Source: Candidatus Tayloriibacteriota bacterium
Lineage (GTDB): Bacteria; Patescibacteriota; Minisyncoccia; Phycocordibacterales; PALSA-1337
Assembly (NCBI GenBank): GCA_037129895.1
Contig: JBAXUB010000005.1
Location: 597 to 64,596 of the forward strand
DNA length: 64,000 nucleotides
Direction of reading: 5' to 3'
Each line of letters begins with the position of its first letter. The stretch's first letter is position 1. The translations under genes and the position numbers were made by a program. Shown here piece after piece: positions 39,211 through 49,880 of this stretch. The notes under the pieces were generated by a model. The model had not been told where the DNA came from and made no database searches. It saw only the letters and a list, made by a program, of their open reading frames with translations.

Positions 39211-40410
39211 ATGAATAAAAAATATAACATTTTTGCAGTCCTTTCGATCGTCGCTTTATCAGTCTTGATTTCTGTGGATTCAGTGAAGGCTCAAACCGTC
39301 ATGGCTGATGGTGCGATCTGTCCAGCACGTGCGGTTTGTGTAAAAAATAAGACGACAAGTGCTGCGGCTTCAACTTATGTTCCTGGAACGTGGACAAGTC
39401 AATACTTCGGGCTTACACAGGAGCAAGTAAATATTTGGAAAGCTTCCAATGGAAGTGAACCTCTGAATATTGACTATGGTAATGTTTCTTCTCAGGCTCA
39501 ATATGAGACACCTGTCAGTTCTATGACAGCTGAGCAGTATCAGGCCAATGAGGCAGCACGTACTGCGAACAATGCGACATTACGAACGACGTTGGCTAAT
39601 GCCACAACCAATGTTATGAATGTTCCGGCCTCTCAGTATTTGGCTATTTCATGTAAATACGCGGGTTGCTACTACACAGGGGCAAAGATCATCAATACTG
39701 GAGTGTGCAAGAATCAAACGACTTTTGAGGCAGCAAATCGTGCTGCAGATATAGCAGGTTTGAGTCAGTCAGCACGTGCCGCGATCATTAGCCCATCAAC
39801 ACTGCATATGAGATATGGCGGAACAGAAGGGTCGATCGATACAAGATACTTTTCTATTATTACGGCTGCTGGAACTAGTCAGTCTCCATATCCTGCAAAT
39901 AAAATGTATGTCTTTGATCTGTGTCTAGATCCAAATTATATTTCCAATGTGCCAGCTGGTTATGACAAGTCGGCAATAATAACGATGAACACACCGAAGA
40001 CTCAGTTAATAGTATTACCAGATGCGACTCAGTCTAGTGTTCAAATCGCTGGAGTAAACACGCCGAGATCGTTCAGTCTGACTTCAAAGTCATATAGTGC
40101 TGGAAATACCACCGTATATATTTTCCACGTTGATAATATCCAACAGATTGTGCCGAATGAGCAAGGAGTATCTATCAATGGTTCAGTTGTTGCTGCCAAG
40201 TTGGCTTCAATGGGTTATAGGATGGCGACAAAGACTGAAGCTTTTGCGATCCAGTCTATCGCCGGTGCTGATGCTGATGGTGTGAAATTGATAGGTGAAG
40301 CGAATGGCTACGCAACTCTGGTTATGAGCAATCTATGTCCTGGTAGTAACTGTGTCGGTTCCTCCGGCCTTATATACAACGGAGACAAGGTGGCAGCAGT
40401 TAAATTGTAA
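39211..40410 (+). CDS. Secreted hypothetical protein
   Basis: Signal peptide ending VKA; Cys pairs. Confidence 0.7.
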   Translation: MNKKYNIFAVLSIVALSVLISVDSVKAQTVMADGAICPARAVCVKNKTTSAAASTYVPGTWTSQYFGLTQEQVNIWKASNGSEPLNIDYGNVSSQAQYETPVSSMTAEQYQANEAARTANNATLRTTLANATTNVMNVPASQYLAISCKYAGCYYTGAKIINTGVCKNQTTFEAANRAADIAGLSQSARAAIISPSTLHMRYGGTEGSIDTRYFSIITAAGTSQSPYPANKMYVFDLCLDPNYISNVPAGYDKSAIITMNTPKTQLIVLPDATQSSVQIAGVNTPRSFSLTSKSYSAGNTTVYIFHVDNIQQIVPNEQGVSINGSVVAAKLASMGYRMATKTEAFAIQSIAGADADGVKLIGEANGYATLVMSNLCPGSNCVGSSGLIYNGDKVAAVKL

Positions 40411-40441
40411 TAATTAATAAAATTTTATAAAATTATTAATT

Positions 40442-42001
40442 ATGAATTATGAATCCATGAAAAAAATTCTTTACACAACGTTTGCCACAGCCATGATAGT
40501 ATCCGCTGCTATACAGACTCCAGTATTTGCCCTAGAAGGAGATTATGCTCCGTCTAGCGCATCATCTCAATCTCTTTGCACAGTATTTTCTGGAGACATT
40601 GCCTTTGGATCATCGGGAGATAATGTTACGAAATTGCAAGATTATCTATCAGTTACTGGGTATTTCAATACTGAGTCTACTGGATATTTTGGAAATGTGA
40701 CATTGAATGCAGTGAAGAATTATCAGACAGCTCACAATTTCGTCTCGACAGGCTATGTTGGTCCTTTGACTAGAGGTGCTATTCAGTCAGAGAGTTGTGG
40801 AACTGCTTCTGGTGCAAGTTCCGGATCAACTGGTGCTTCTCTTGGTTCAGTGACATGTCCAGCAGGCTACAATTGTACAGCCACTACTCAAACTCCAGTT
40901 GCCTGTCCTCTAGGTTATGTCTGTACTCCACAAACTACGACTTCTGGTGTGGTCGGCGCGACATATGTTCAGGGATCATTCTATAGGACATATCTGAGTG
41001 GTTCAGGAAGTAGTAGGACGATTACGAATGCAACTGGAACAACTGTTACGAACGGCACAACTTCTGCTGCGGCGAATTCTTCATCAACAATTCTGACCAC
41101 TCCATCAAGTCAGGTTGTAACAATACCGGTTGTGAGTAGTCTGGGAGTTGATGATGGTGTACCAAACCCATTTGCTGGTATGAATTTGAGTACAGATGTA
41201 AATAAGATATACGCGGTTGTCGGGGCGGATTATGTCGTCCCCGCAATCGGAAAAGCGATCATTCCAAAATGTAAGGACAATCAGTTCTGGTATGACAAGA
41301 CTCATGGTTGTGTGAATAATTTCATCACTCCTCTGCCTATGGACACGAGTGTAACAGTCGAAAACACTTCAGTTTCTACGAATGATCCATATTGTATAGG
41401 CAAGAGCAATGTTGATACTGATAACAACATCCGCACACTGACTGAATATTGGAAATGTGTTATGGGCGAGGCCAATAGTGTGACGAATTACAAGAATCCG
41501 TGGATAAGTAAAAGTAATCTGATCGGGGTAAAGACCTTCGGTTTAGCCAATAATCTCAGTTCGAACTTCTGTAAGAATGCTGTTAGTCTGTCTGTTGCAA
41601 AACAACTGTCAGCGACGAATGCAGCTAGTGGCATTCAGGATGACTATATGAATAATTCTAGGATACTATTGGTCAATGATGGAGTTAGTTTGTCTTGGCT
41701 TCAGGCACAGATGTTCTATATGGTGAACAATCATAGTGGAAATAACTGGGATGGATCAAAGAGGTATGAACCATATATCAATAGTGATGGATTAGAAGAT
41801 TCAAAATTTTATACTCCGAACACGAATGATTGGTCAAATCCACAATTCCAGGCTTTACTCAAGAATTTCCAAATGCCAGCTGTTGGTGGTATAGCAAAGT
41901 GTCTCGATGCCGATTACAAATCAAATTTCTGGGGTACACCTTGGGCTAGTCATTATCAGAGATATTTGATAGATCTGAAGCAACAGGGATTATTGAGATA
42001 G
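40442..42001 (+). CDS. Secreted protein with a peptidoglycan-binding domain and CPxGYxC repeats
   Basis: 'GSSGDNVTKLQDYL...TGYFGNVTLNAVKNYQ...TGYVGPLTR'. Confidence 0.8.
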   Translation: MNYESMKKILYTTFATAMIVSAAIQTPVFALEGDYAPSSASSQSLCTVFSGDIAFGSSGDNVTKLQDYLSVTGYFNTESTGYFGNVTLNAVKNYQTAHNFVSTGYVGPLTRGAIQSESCGTASGASSGSTGASLGSVTCPAGYNCTATTQTPVACPLGYVCTPQTTTSGVVGATYVQGSFYRTYLSGSGSSRTITNATGTTVTNGTTSAAANSSSTILTTPSSQVVTIPVVSSLGVDDGVPNPFAGMNLSTDVNKIYAVVGADYVVPAIGKAIIPKCKDNQFWYDKTHGCVNNFITPLPMDTSVTVENTSVSTNDPYCIGKSNVDTDNNIRTLTEYWKCVMGEANSVTNYKNPWISKSNLIGVKTFGLANNLSSNFCKNAVSLSVAKQLSATNAASGIQDDYMNNSRILLVNDGVSLSWLQAQMFYMVNNHSGNNWDGSKRYEPYINSDGLEDSKFYTPNTNDWSNPQFQALLKNFQMPAVGGIAKCLDADYKSNFWGTPWASHYQRYLIDLKQQGLLR

Positions 42002-42086
42002 GTCGACAGACATCATCTACCGTATAAAGTGTAAGGTGATCAATCTCGAGTGTATCTTTTTCTGAATTTTCTGATATTCTGTAATT

Positions 42087-43010
42087 ATGGCATTAGATAA
42101 ACAAGAAATAGAATCAAAGATCGCCGAACTTGAGGCCCTGATGGCTTCCGGCGATTTTTGGTCTGACAAAGTGAAAGCGCAAGCCAAGATAAAGGAGTTG
42201 CAAAATCTGAAGGATAGTTTGGCCGGACTCGGTAAATACGATAGAGGGAATGCAATACTTTCGATCCTCTCTGGTGCAGGTGGTGATGATGCGGAGGACT
42301 TTTCTGCGATGCTACTTCGGATGTATAGGCGCTATGCTGAGGGTAAAGGCTGGGGTTGGTCCCTCATACATTCGAATGAAAATGATCACGGCGGGTATAG
42401 AAACGTAACTGTCGAAATTACAGGGAAGAGTGGCGGCGTGACAACTGATGATGGAGGGAGTTTGGGTGCGTATGGAACTCTCAAAAATGAGTCAGGAGTT
42501 CATAGATTGGTCCGCATCTCTCCATTCAATGCCAATCAGAAACGACAAACGTCATTTTCGATGGTTGAGGTTATACCAGAATTCGAAAAGACTTCGGCAG
42601 GTGATCTACATATTCCTGATAGCGATCTAGAGGTCAGTATCGCAAAGTCTGGCGGTCCAGGAGGGCAAAATGTCAATAAAAGGGAAACAGCGGTACGTCT
42701 CGTCCATAAACCGACTAGCATCTCAATACATGTGACATCTGAACGTTCTCAAGCTCAGAACCGTGAGAAAGCTATGGATATATTACGTGGAAAGTTGTGG
42801 AAGAAAATGGAGGACGAAAGGATTGCCAGAGAAAAGGGCATGCAGATCTCCTCGACTACTGCTATCGAGTGGGGCAATCAGATCCGCTCATATGTTATGC
42901 ATCCGTATAAGATGGTCAAGGATCATCGGAATGATCATGAGACGACACAAGTTGATAAGGTGCTAGAGGGTGACTTGCAGGAGTTTATAGAAGCGGAGAA
43001 GAGTTTATAA
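42087..43010 (+). CDS. prfB: Peptide chain release factor 2 (short N-terminus, no frameshift site seen)
   Basis: SPF motif; GGQ; 'WGNQIRSYV'. Confidence 0.93.
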   Translation: MALDKQEIESKIAELEALMASGDFWSDKVKAQAKIKELQNLKDSLAGLGKYDRGNAILSILSGAGGDDAEDFSAMLLRMYRRYAEGKGWGWSLIHSNENDHGGYRNVTVEITGKSGGVTTDDGGSLGAYGTLKNESGVHRLVRISPFNANQKRQTSFSMVEVIPEFEKTSAGDLHIPDSDLEVSIAKSGGPGGQNVNKRETAVRLVHKPTSISIHVTSERSQAQNREKAMDILRGKLWKKMEDERIAREKGMQISSTTAIEWGNQIRSYVMHPYKMVKDHRNDHETTQVDKVLEGDLQEFIEAEKSL

Positions 43011-43039
43011 TTCACACTTAGTACGCTATACTGTTACAC

Positions 43040-43720
43040 ATGATCTACTACGACAAAGTCACGAAAATATATCCTGACAAGTCAGTTGCGCTTGATTCAG
43101 TCAGTTTTGGTGTTGAACCAAAGGAATTCGTGACGATCGTGGGGCACTCTGGTGCGGGCAAGACAACTCTCATGAAGATGCTCATAGCAGAGGATTGGCC
43201 AACAGAAGGAGCTGTATTTCTAGAATCCAGTAATATTCACAAATTGAATAAGAGAGAGATGAGTAAGTTGCGACGCAGGATCGGCACAGTTTTTCAAGAT
43301 TATAGATTACTACCAAACAAGACCGTCTATGAAAATATCGCTTTTGCTATGGAAGCAACTGGCAGGTCTGATAGTGAGATAGCTGCTGATGTTCCGCACG
43401 TTCTCGAACTCGTCGATCTCGGCCACAAGATATGGAATTTTCCGAGAGAACTGTCCGGTGGTGAACGTCAGCGTGTGGCTATTGCGAGAGCGATCGTTAC
43501 ACAACCTGATATCGTGATCGCTGATGAGCCTACTGGTAACCTCGATCCTACAAATACTTATGAAATTATTCGTATTTTACAGAAAATCAATGAACTTGGT
43601 ACCACTGTTCTGTTAACCACTCATAACAAAGGTGTTGTCGATAAGGTTGGCGGTCGTGTCATAACGATGGAGAAAGGGAAGGTGATAAGAGATGATAAGG
43701 CAGGTAAATATATTCTATAA
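43040..43720 (+). CDS. ftsE: Cell division ATP-binding protein FtsE
   Basis: GHSGAGKT; 'LRRRIGTVFQDYRLL'; LSGGE; followed by ftsX. Confidence 0.93.
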   Translation: MIYYDKVTKIYPDKSVALDSVSFGVEPKEFVTIVGHSGAGKTTLMKMLIAEDWPTEGAVFLESSNIHKLNKREMSKLRRRIGTVFQDYRLLPNKTVYENIAFAMEATGRSDSEIAADVPHVLELVDLGHKIWNFPRELSGGERQRVAIARAIVTQPDIVIADEPTGNLDPTNTYEIIRILQKINELGTTVLLTTHNKGVVDKVGGRVITMEKGKVIRDDKAGKYIL

Positions 43721-43733
43721 TAATAAACTTTAT

Positions 43734-44690
43734 ATGGTATTCACAACATTCAAGAGAATTACTAGAACAGGCTTCGTAAATTTCTGGAGAAATGGGTTTC
43801 TTTCTTTTGCTGCGATAGTAGTTCTCACACTCGCATTACTTTCATTTGGTAGCATCATCTTTCTAGGCGCATTCGGTAGGGCACTCATAGCTGATGTAAA
43901 GGATAAAGTAGATATCAATGTATATTTCGCTCTGTCTGCTCCTCTGCAGGATATGTTGGCGGTGCAGTCAGATCTCAAACGTTTGCCAGAGGTTGCTAGC
44001 ACGACATTTATCTCGAGCGATCAAGTTTTGGTCAATTTCAAAGCAAAGTGGCAAGATAATACTTTGATCATGCAAGGACTCGAGGAGATCGGAGACAATC
44101 CATTTCCAGCAACCTTGAATGTAAAAGCGAAAGATCCTGGTCAATATGGAGGTATCACTCAGTACTTACAGAACAAGGATCTGACAATGACTGATGGCAC
44201 ACCGCTCATCGAGAAGGTCAATTATGAACAGAATAAACTGATCATTGATAGACTAGGTACGATCATACCTGCGATAGAGAAAGCCGGATCGATCACAGGG
44301 TTCATCATGGTAGTAGTCGCTATCATCGTTGTATTCAATACGATCAGACTCATTGTATATACTTCAAAAGATGAAATCTCAGTTATGAAACTAGTTGGTG
44401 CAAGTAATATATATGTGAGAGGTCCTCTGGTTGTTTCTGGTGTGATGTATGGCATCATCTCAGGCGTCATAACGCTCATATTGATGGCCGCGTTCTCGTA
44501 TTGGAGTGATGTAGTCATATTACGGTTCGCCGGTGTAGAGATAGCCGCGAATTTTGAATTAGTGGTAAATGTGTTGTCAAAATATTTTTCGGCAAATTTC
44601 AGTCAGATATTTATATTGATTATGGGTGCTGGTGTGGTGCTCGGCGCTCTATCTAGTTACGTTGCAGCTAGGAGGTATCTCAAGGTTTAA
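43734..44690 (+). CDS. ftsX: Cell division permease FtsX
   Basis: 'FNTIRL...EISVMKLVGAS...VRGP'. Confidence 0.92.
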   Translation: MVFTTFKRITRTGFVNFWRNGFLSFAAIVVLTLALLSFGSIIFLGAFGRALIADVKDKVDINVYFALSAPLQDMLAVQSDLKRLPEVASTTFISSDQVLVNFKAKWQDNTLIMQGLEEIGDNPFPATLNVKAKDPGQYGGITQYLQNKDLTMTDGTPLIEKVNYEQNKLIIDRLGTIIPAIEKAGSITGFIMVVVAIIVVFNTIRLIVYTSKDEISVMKLVGASNIYVRGPLVVSGVMYGIISGVITLILMAAFSYWSDVVILRFAGVEIAANFELVVNVLSKYFSANFSQIFILIMGAGVVLGALSSYVAARRYLKV

Positions 44691-44751
44691 ATAAAAAAAC
44701 CGCCAGTGTAATGCTGGCGGCTGAAGGAGCGAAATCAGCGCGATTGCTAGA

Positions 44752-45453
44752 TCAAGCAGCTCCCATAGCGAGCTGGTGGCTGACGGTATCTTCTTCGACT
44801 CTAATCCAGTCGAGGACGACATTCTTGGTTGGGGAATGCCGGACGATTTCTTGTCTCGGACTCAAGTCCTTGGGAATGACACAGATGAATGTGTGCATCT
44901 CCCGAAATGTCTGGAGGCCGGGGTACGACTCCGTTGTCGGTTCGCCTGGTTCATACATATCGATCGCGACTATAGCGCCGGTACCCAAAGGGCAGATCCC
45001 CTCTGTAATTTCCCGAACCGCCGCCTGTAGTGGCTCTTCGTCTGGGCGAGGATAGACTCGAGTAAAGTTGCACTCAATGCCGAGTTTGTCCTTGATGCAG
45101 CGTATGGCCGCGGCAAAGGTGTCGATCTCACCAACCCTCATCTTGCCACAGATACTGTTTTGTCTTGGCTGTACGTTCCTGTTGCCGATCGAGCGCTTCT
45201 TTTCACAGAGCATCTCGATCTCGCCGTCGTCATCAACTGTGCAAACGGCGATGAGTACATTCTTGACGTACCTGTCTGCACCATAGCCGCCGCCGTCCTT
45301 ATGTACGATGGCGACCTGGCTGAGCTCTGTCTGAACCTCGAGATGTAGATCTTCTACAGTCTTCGGGGTTTTCCATTTTTCGAATGGCACATGGGCATTT
45401 TTCAATTCCTTTCGGAATTCTAACAGGCTTATCTTTCTAGTTAATATAGTCAT
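44752..45453 (-). CDS. Hypothetical protein with a degenerate Nudix-like signature
   Basis: 'SICGKMRVGE...AAIRCIKDKLGI'; similar to 47581..48270. Confidence 0.55.
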   Translation of the reverse strand: MTILTRKISLLEFRKELKNAHVPFEKWKTPKTVEDLHLEVQTELSQVAIVHKDGGGYGADRYVKNVLIAVCTVDDDGEIEMLCEKKRSIGNRNVQPRQNSICGKMRVGEIDTFAAAIRCIKDKLGIECNFTRVYPRPDEEPLQAAVREITEGICPLGTGAIVAIDMYEPGEPTTESYPGLQTFREMHTFICVIPKDLSPRQEIVRHSPTKNVVLDWIRVEEDTVSHQLAMGAA

Positions 45454-45562
45454 GTTCTCCTAGTATTTGTTTTTTGGTCTGTTTACTGTCTGTGCGTAAT
45501 CCTACACAAAAATTGGGAAAAGTCAAGGTGACAAGTCAGCCAGTCTTTCATAGAATGGACGG

Positions 45563-47419
45563 ATGAAACGATCTTCAAAATTGCCACACAAATACATATT
45601 CGTTCTTGGCGGTGTGATGTCTGGGGTAGGAAAAGGTATAGCGACTTCGTCTATAGGGACATTACTTTCGAGTAAGGGCTATTCGATCAACCTGGTCAAA
45701 GTAGATCCATATCTCAATGTTGATGCTGGTACTATGAATCCTACCGAACATGGTGAGGTTTTCGTATTGAATTCTGGACTGGAAACGGATCAGGATATGG
45801 GTAATTATGAGAGATTCCTCGGAAAAGATCTAACCGCCAATGACTATATAACTAGTGGGATGGTATATAAGCATGTGATCGAAAAAGAGAGAGCACTCGG
45901 CTATGGGGGCAAATGTGTAGAAGCGATACCTCATCTGCGCGATGAGATCGTCCATAGGTTCGAACATTCTGCCAAGATCAATAAGTCAGACATTTCCATA
46001 ATAGAGATCGGTGGTACAGTCGGTGACTACCAAAACACTATGTTCATAGAGGCGGCGAGATTTCTCAAAATGCGACATCCTACAGATGTCATTTTTATTA
46101 TGGTTAGTTATTTGCCTGTTCCATCGAAGTTAGGTGAGATGAAGACTCGCCCTACTCAGCACGCAGTACAGCAACTAGCATCATATGGAGTGAATACGGA
46201 CATTGTGATCGCTAGAGCTGATCATCCTTTGGACTTACGTCGTAAAGAAAAGATAGCGACAGCCTGCAATATTCCTATTGAAAATGTCATCTCAGCTCCA
46301 GACATCGAGAGTGTTTATGATGTTCCTGTCAATTTCAAGCAAGGTAAGATAGATGAGATCGTACTCAAAGCATTGAATATAGATGTGCATGGTAGAAAAG
46401 GTGGGGAGTCTGGTATTGATTTCAATAAATGGGCGAAGATGGCACGTGGTATCAAGGACGGGACGCGTAAGAAAGTGAATATCGCCATAGTTGGAAAATA
46501 TTTTGCAACAGGAAATTTCATGTTGAATGATTCGTATCTGTCAGTTTTGGAAGCGATCAAGTATTCAGCCAATAGAGTTGGTGTCAAAGCGGTCATAACT
46601 GCAGTTAATGCTGGTGATTTTGAGAAAGTTACAAGGCAACAGAATGATCCAGATTTTCCATATTTACCGGATGGTGCAGCTTCAGTCTTGGACAAATATG
46701 ATGGCATCATCGTTCCTGGTGGATTTGGTGCAACGGGCATAGAAGGTAAATTGAATGTTATCAGATATGCGCGTGAGAAGAAGATTCCATACTTTGGATT
46801 ATGTTATGGTATGCAGCTCATGACGATAGAATATGCGAGAAATGTACTCGGATTGAAAGGTTCACATACTGCGGAGATAGATCCAAAGTCACCGCATACG
46901 ATCATCGACATCATGCCGGATCAGAAAAAGAAGATAGACATCGGTAATTATGGAGGCAGCATGAGGCTAGGGCTTTATCCAGCAAAGCTTTCTCCTCACA
47001 CCATCGCCCATTCTGCATATTTGAAATGGCTAGATAAGTTGGCAGCTAGAGAGAGCAGATCAAAGACCGGAGACAATCCAAAAGATAGATTGAAAATGAA
47101 AGATATTCTGATCGAAGAACGGCATCGTCATCGTTATGAAGTCAATCTAAGATATGTGAAGCAACTGGAGAAAGGCGGCTTGATATTTTCTGGAAAGTCA
47201 CCTGACGGCACTTTGATGGAGATAGCTGAGTTACCATATTCGGTAGGGGAAACTGGGGGAAATGGCCACCCATTCTTTCTGGGAACTCAGTTTCATCCGG
47301 AATTTTTGGCTAGACCACTTACGCCACATCCACTCTTTACCGCTTTCATTGAGGCGGCTGTGAATGGCGCCAAGAGGGTGATTGATGAGGTTTCTATTAA
47401 CAATGAACATAGAGGATAG
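45563..47419 (+). CDS. pyrG: CTP synthase
   Basis: 'GGVMSGVGKG', 'DPYLNVDAGTMNP', 'GLCYGMQ', 'ERHRHRYEVN', 'QFHPE'. Confidence 0.97.
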   Translation: MKRSSKLPHKYIFVLGGVMSGVGKGIATSSIGTLLSSKGYSINLVKVDPYLNVDAGTMNPTEHGEVFVLNSGLETDQDMGNYERFLGKDLTANDYITSGMVYKHVIEKERALGYGGKCVEAIPHLRDEIVHRFEHSAKINKSDISIIEIGGTVGDYQNTMFIEAARFLKMRHPTDVIFIMVSYLPVPSKLGEMKTRPTQHAVQQLASYGVNTDIVIARADHPLDLRRKEKIATACNIPIENVISAPDIESVYDVPVNFKQGKIDEIVLKALNIDVHGRKGGESGIDFNKWAKMARGIKDGTRKKVNIAIVGKYFATGNFMLNDSYLSVLEAIKYSANRVGVKAVITAVNAGDFEKVTRQQNDPDFPYLPDGAASVLDKYDGIIVPGGFGATGIEGKLNVIRYAREKKIPYFGLCYGMQLMTIEYARNVLGLKGSHTAEIDPKSPHTIIDIMPDQKKKIDIGNYGGSMRLGLYPAKLSPHTIAHSAYLKWLDKLAARESRSKTGDNPKDRLKMKDILIEERHRHRYEVNLRYVKQLEKGGLIFSGKSPDGTLMEIAELPYSVGETGGNGHPFFLGTQFHPEFLARPLTPHPLFTAFIEAAVNGAKRVIDEVSINNEHRG

Positions 47420-47580
47420 TCAGTTACAGTATTGACAGTTACGACCTCTGTTTGATGTTGTCATGAGTCCCAATAAAGAAGCTGCACCATAGGGTCGGTG
47501 CAGCTGTAGTAGCGTTTTGCGTGTATGAGAAGTACGAATATCCCTGAGGTGTTTCGAATGTGCGACGGAACTCACAGATG

Positions 47581-48270
47581 TCAGGCAACTTTCGGATCCC
47601 CATTCTGCCAACAGAAATGAGTTTCGTGGCCATTTTCAATGAAAATGTATTTGTGTCTGTACAAGAGATTGTTCGCTTCGAGGTGAACAGTGAAATGGTG
47701 TCGATGGTACACATCAACGAATCCTAGATAGAACAGTGATGTGTCCGTATTCACTATTTCCACTTCACCCTTGTTGAGCTTGAATTCTCTGGCATCTTTG
47801 AATCCTAGGACACTCTCGAGTAGTCTGAAAGCGGCATCTTCTGGCATTTCAGTGCGCAGCTTGATCTTACCGCCGAGGCTGCCTGTAAATGGCCTCTTTT
47901 TGTATTCTTCATTTTTTTCAGTCCTGCGGAATTCATGCAGAGTTTCCTTGTGACCATTGTGATAGTGAGTCACGGTGATCACGGCAACACTCACATGTAG
48001 AGCAGGACGTTTCTTCATGGAATTTTCTTCTACCCACATTTCGCCATTTTGGAGAGAGTCGAGTAGGCCATCGACAGCCTTCAGATTACCAGATTTCTTT
48101 TGGTCTACTCCTTGATGTTTCCACAAGCTGTACGGAATATGGTTATCGTCCAGAAACTTGAGTAGTTTCTTGCGATTCCAGTTCATGTTCTGTAATGAGC
48201 GGGGATTGCCCAGATAGAGATAGAATACGGCCAAGACTACGATTACGAGTAATGCTTTTTCAATGTTCAC
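47581..48270 (-). CDS. Membrane-anchored hypothetical protein with a degenerate Nudix-like signature
   Basis: N-terminal TM; 'SLGGKIKLRTEMPEDAAFRLLESVLGF'. Confidence 0.55.
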   Translation of the reverse strand: MNIEKALLVIVVLAVFYLYLGNPRSLQNMNWNRKKLLKFLDDNHIPYSLWKHQGVDQKKSGNLKAVDGLLDSLQNGEMWVEENSMKKRPALHVSVAVITVTHYHNGHKETLHEFRRTEKNEEYKKRPFTGSLGGKIKLRTEMPEDAAFRLLESVLGFKDAREFKLNKGEVEIVNTDTSLFYLGFVDVYHRHHFTVHLEANNLLYRHKYIFIENGHETHFCWQNGDPKVA

Positions 48271-48489
48271 ATTGATCCTTTGGTTGAATTTTTAGTCCGA
48301 ATCTACGTATTTTATAACTTTAATAGAGGGGAATTGCAATAGGTAATCCTAGTGATCTGGTTTTGCGAGTCGATCGAATGGTGTATTGCCAAAGTGCTAA
48401 GAAAATGATATAATATCAACATAACTTTGTACAAAAAAATCAAATATACTTAGAAGAAAGGGAAAAACATTAGAAAGATCTATTCGACT

Positions 48490-48996
48490 ATGTTGGCGTG
48501 GTTACGGTTCGCGGCGACGATCGTTATGGAGAAAGTGGTTTGTGGATCGTTCTACTATCTATTCTTTCCATTCTTGATCGGTAAGATCGGAGCGCTTCGG
48601 GCGGTTCCATCACTCTTCTGCATGCAGTTTTTGGTTTCTCTGGTTTGTTGGTTCATGTATGACTATATCGGTAGAGATATTGTCGGATTGGCTAGCATCA
48701 AGATGAAGATCGAGTGGCAAAGCCAGAAGGTTCGCATGCGTTTTCCACGCTGGGGCAGATTCCTAGATCGTTATAGGAATATAGCTCGGGCACTGGAGTT
48801 CGCATTTTGTTCGTGGCAGTTCATTCCGCCGCTTGCGTTGCTCTGCCTTCGGAAAGAGGGTAAAAAGGGGGATACGACAACAGAGATCGGTATGCTGTGC
48901 GGAAGTTCTGCACTCGCGACGGTTATCTGGACTGGTTATTCGATTGGATTGTTCGAACCAATAGTGGTCTTCATCAAATCCAATTTTGGAGTGTGA
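48490..48996 (+). CDS. Hypothetical membrane protein
   Basis: Several hydrophobic segments; downstream terminator near 49015-49055. Confidence 0.55.
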   Translation: MLAWLRFAATIVMEKVVCGSFYYLFFPFLIGKIGALRAVPSLFCMQFLVSLVCWFMYDYIGRDIVGLASIKMKIEWQSQKVRMRFPRWGRFLDRYRNIARALEFAFCSWQFIPPLALLCLRKEGKKGDTTTEIGMLCGSSALATVIWTGYSIGLFEPIVVFIKSNFGV

Positions 48997-49099
48997 CTGG
49001 GTTTTGTTGGTTTCAAAAATGCGCCACTTCTAATACATGTGGCGCTTTTATTTTTGTATTGTCAATATTTCTGTCGTTTTTTTGTAATGATACAATATT

Positions 49100-49801
49100 T
49101 TGATGAATACAAGTTGGAATAAAGGACTTACAAAATATACGCACCCGTCAATTATGATGACTTCAGTAAAAATGAAGGCTAAAGCGGTAGATAATTTATT
49201 TTCTTGGCGAGAGATGGCTAAAAAACAAGGAAAAATGCGGAGCGTATACCCGATATTGAAGCGCGATGGAGATCTCGCAGAGCTTATCGGTGTTATTCTT
49301 GGAGATGGACATTTGAGAAAATATCCACGTACCGATGAATTGTCGATCTTTTCTAATTCAACAAACGAAGGAATTGTCAGGAGATATAGTGGTCTGGTAG
49401 AGCGTATATTTGATATGAAACCTGCAGAAACTATTCACAGTGGAAAGAAATGTATTAGGATTAGAATATATCAAAAATTCTTGCAGGAACGAATACAGAT
49501 CCCATATAGTCCGCGGGGCAAATTGGACATAGTTGTACCGGACTGGATTTTGGGCGATATTTCCTTTATAGTTAGGTATCTTCGTGGTTTATACGAAGCT
49601 GAGGGATCATATAGTGTTCATCTGCCAACATCTACATATAAATTGTTCTTTTCGAATAGAAACATGTCGATGTTATCAAATGTGAAAATTTTGTTGGAGA
49701 AGCTTGGTTTTCATCCTCATTTGAGTAAGGATAAGGTTCAAGTATCTAGAAAAGAAGAAGTTGTGAAATTGCTAGAATTAATCGAGTTTAGAAAGTATTG
49801 A
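49100..49801 (+). CDS. Free-standing double-motif LAGLIDADG endonuclease
   Basis: 'LAELIGVILGDG' and 'YLRGLYEAEGS'; N-terminal 'SWNKGLTK'. Confidence 0.85.
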   Translation: MMNTSWNKGLTKYTHPSIMMTSVKMKAKAVDNLFSWREMAKKQGKMRSVYPILKRDGDLAELIGVILGDGHLRKYPRTDELSIFSNSTNEGIVRRYSGLVERIFDMKPAETIHSGKKCIRIRIYQKFLQERIQIPYSPRGKLDIVVPDWILGDISFIVRYLRGLYEAEGSYSVHLPTSTYKLFFSNRNMSMLSNVKILLEKLGFHPHLSKDKVQVSRKEEVVKLLELIEFRKY

Positions 49802-49809
49802 AAATTTAT

Positions 49810-49880
49810 TGCGGGATCGGCTAATGGTAGGCCACATCCCTCTGGAGGATGTTATCTTGGTTCGAGTCCAAGTCCCGCAG
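49810..49880 (+). tRNA. tRNA-Gln(CTG)
   Basis: TGCGGGA/TCCCGCA acceptor; CATCC-ctCTGga-GGATG anticodon arm; GGTTCGAGT T-loop. Confidence 0.95.
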
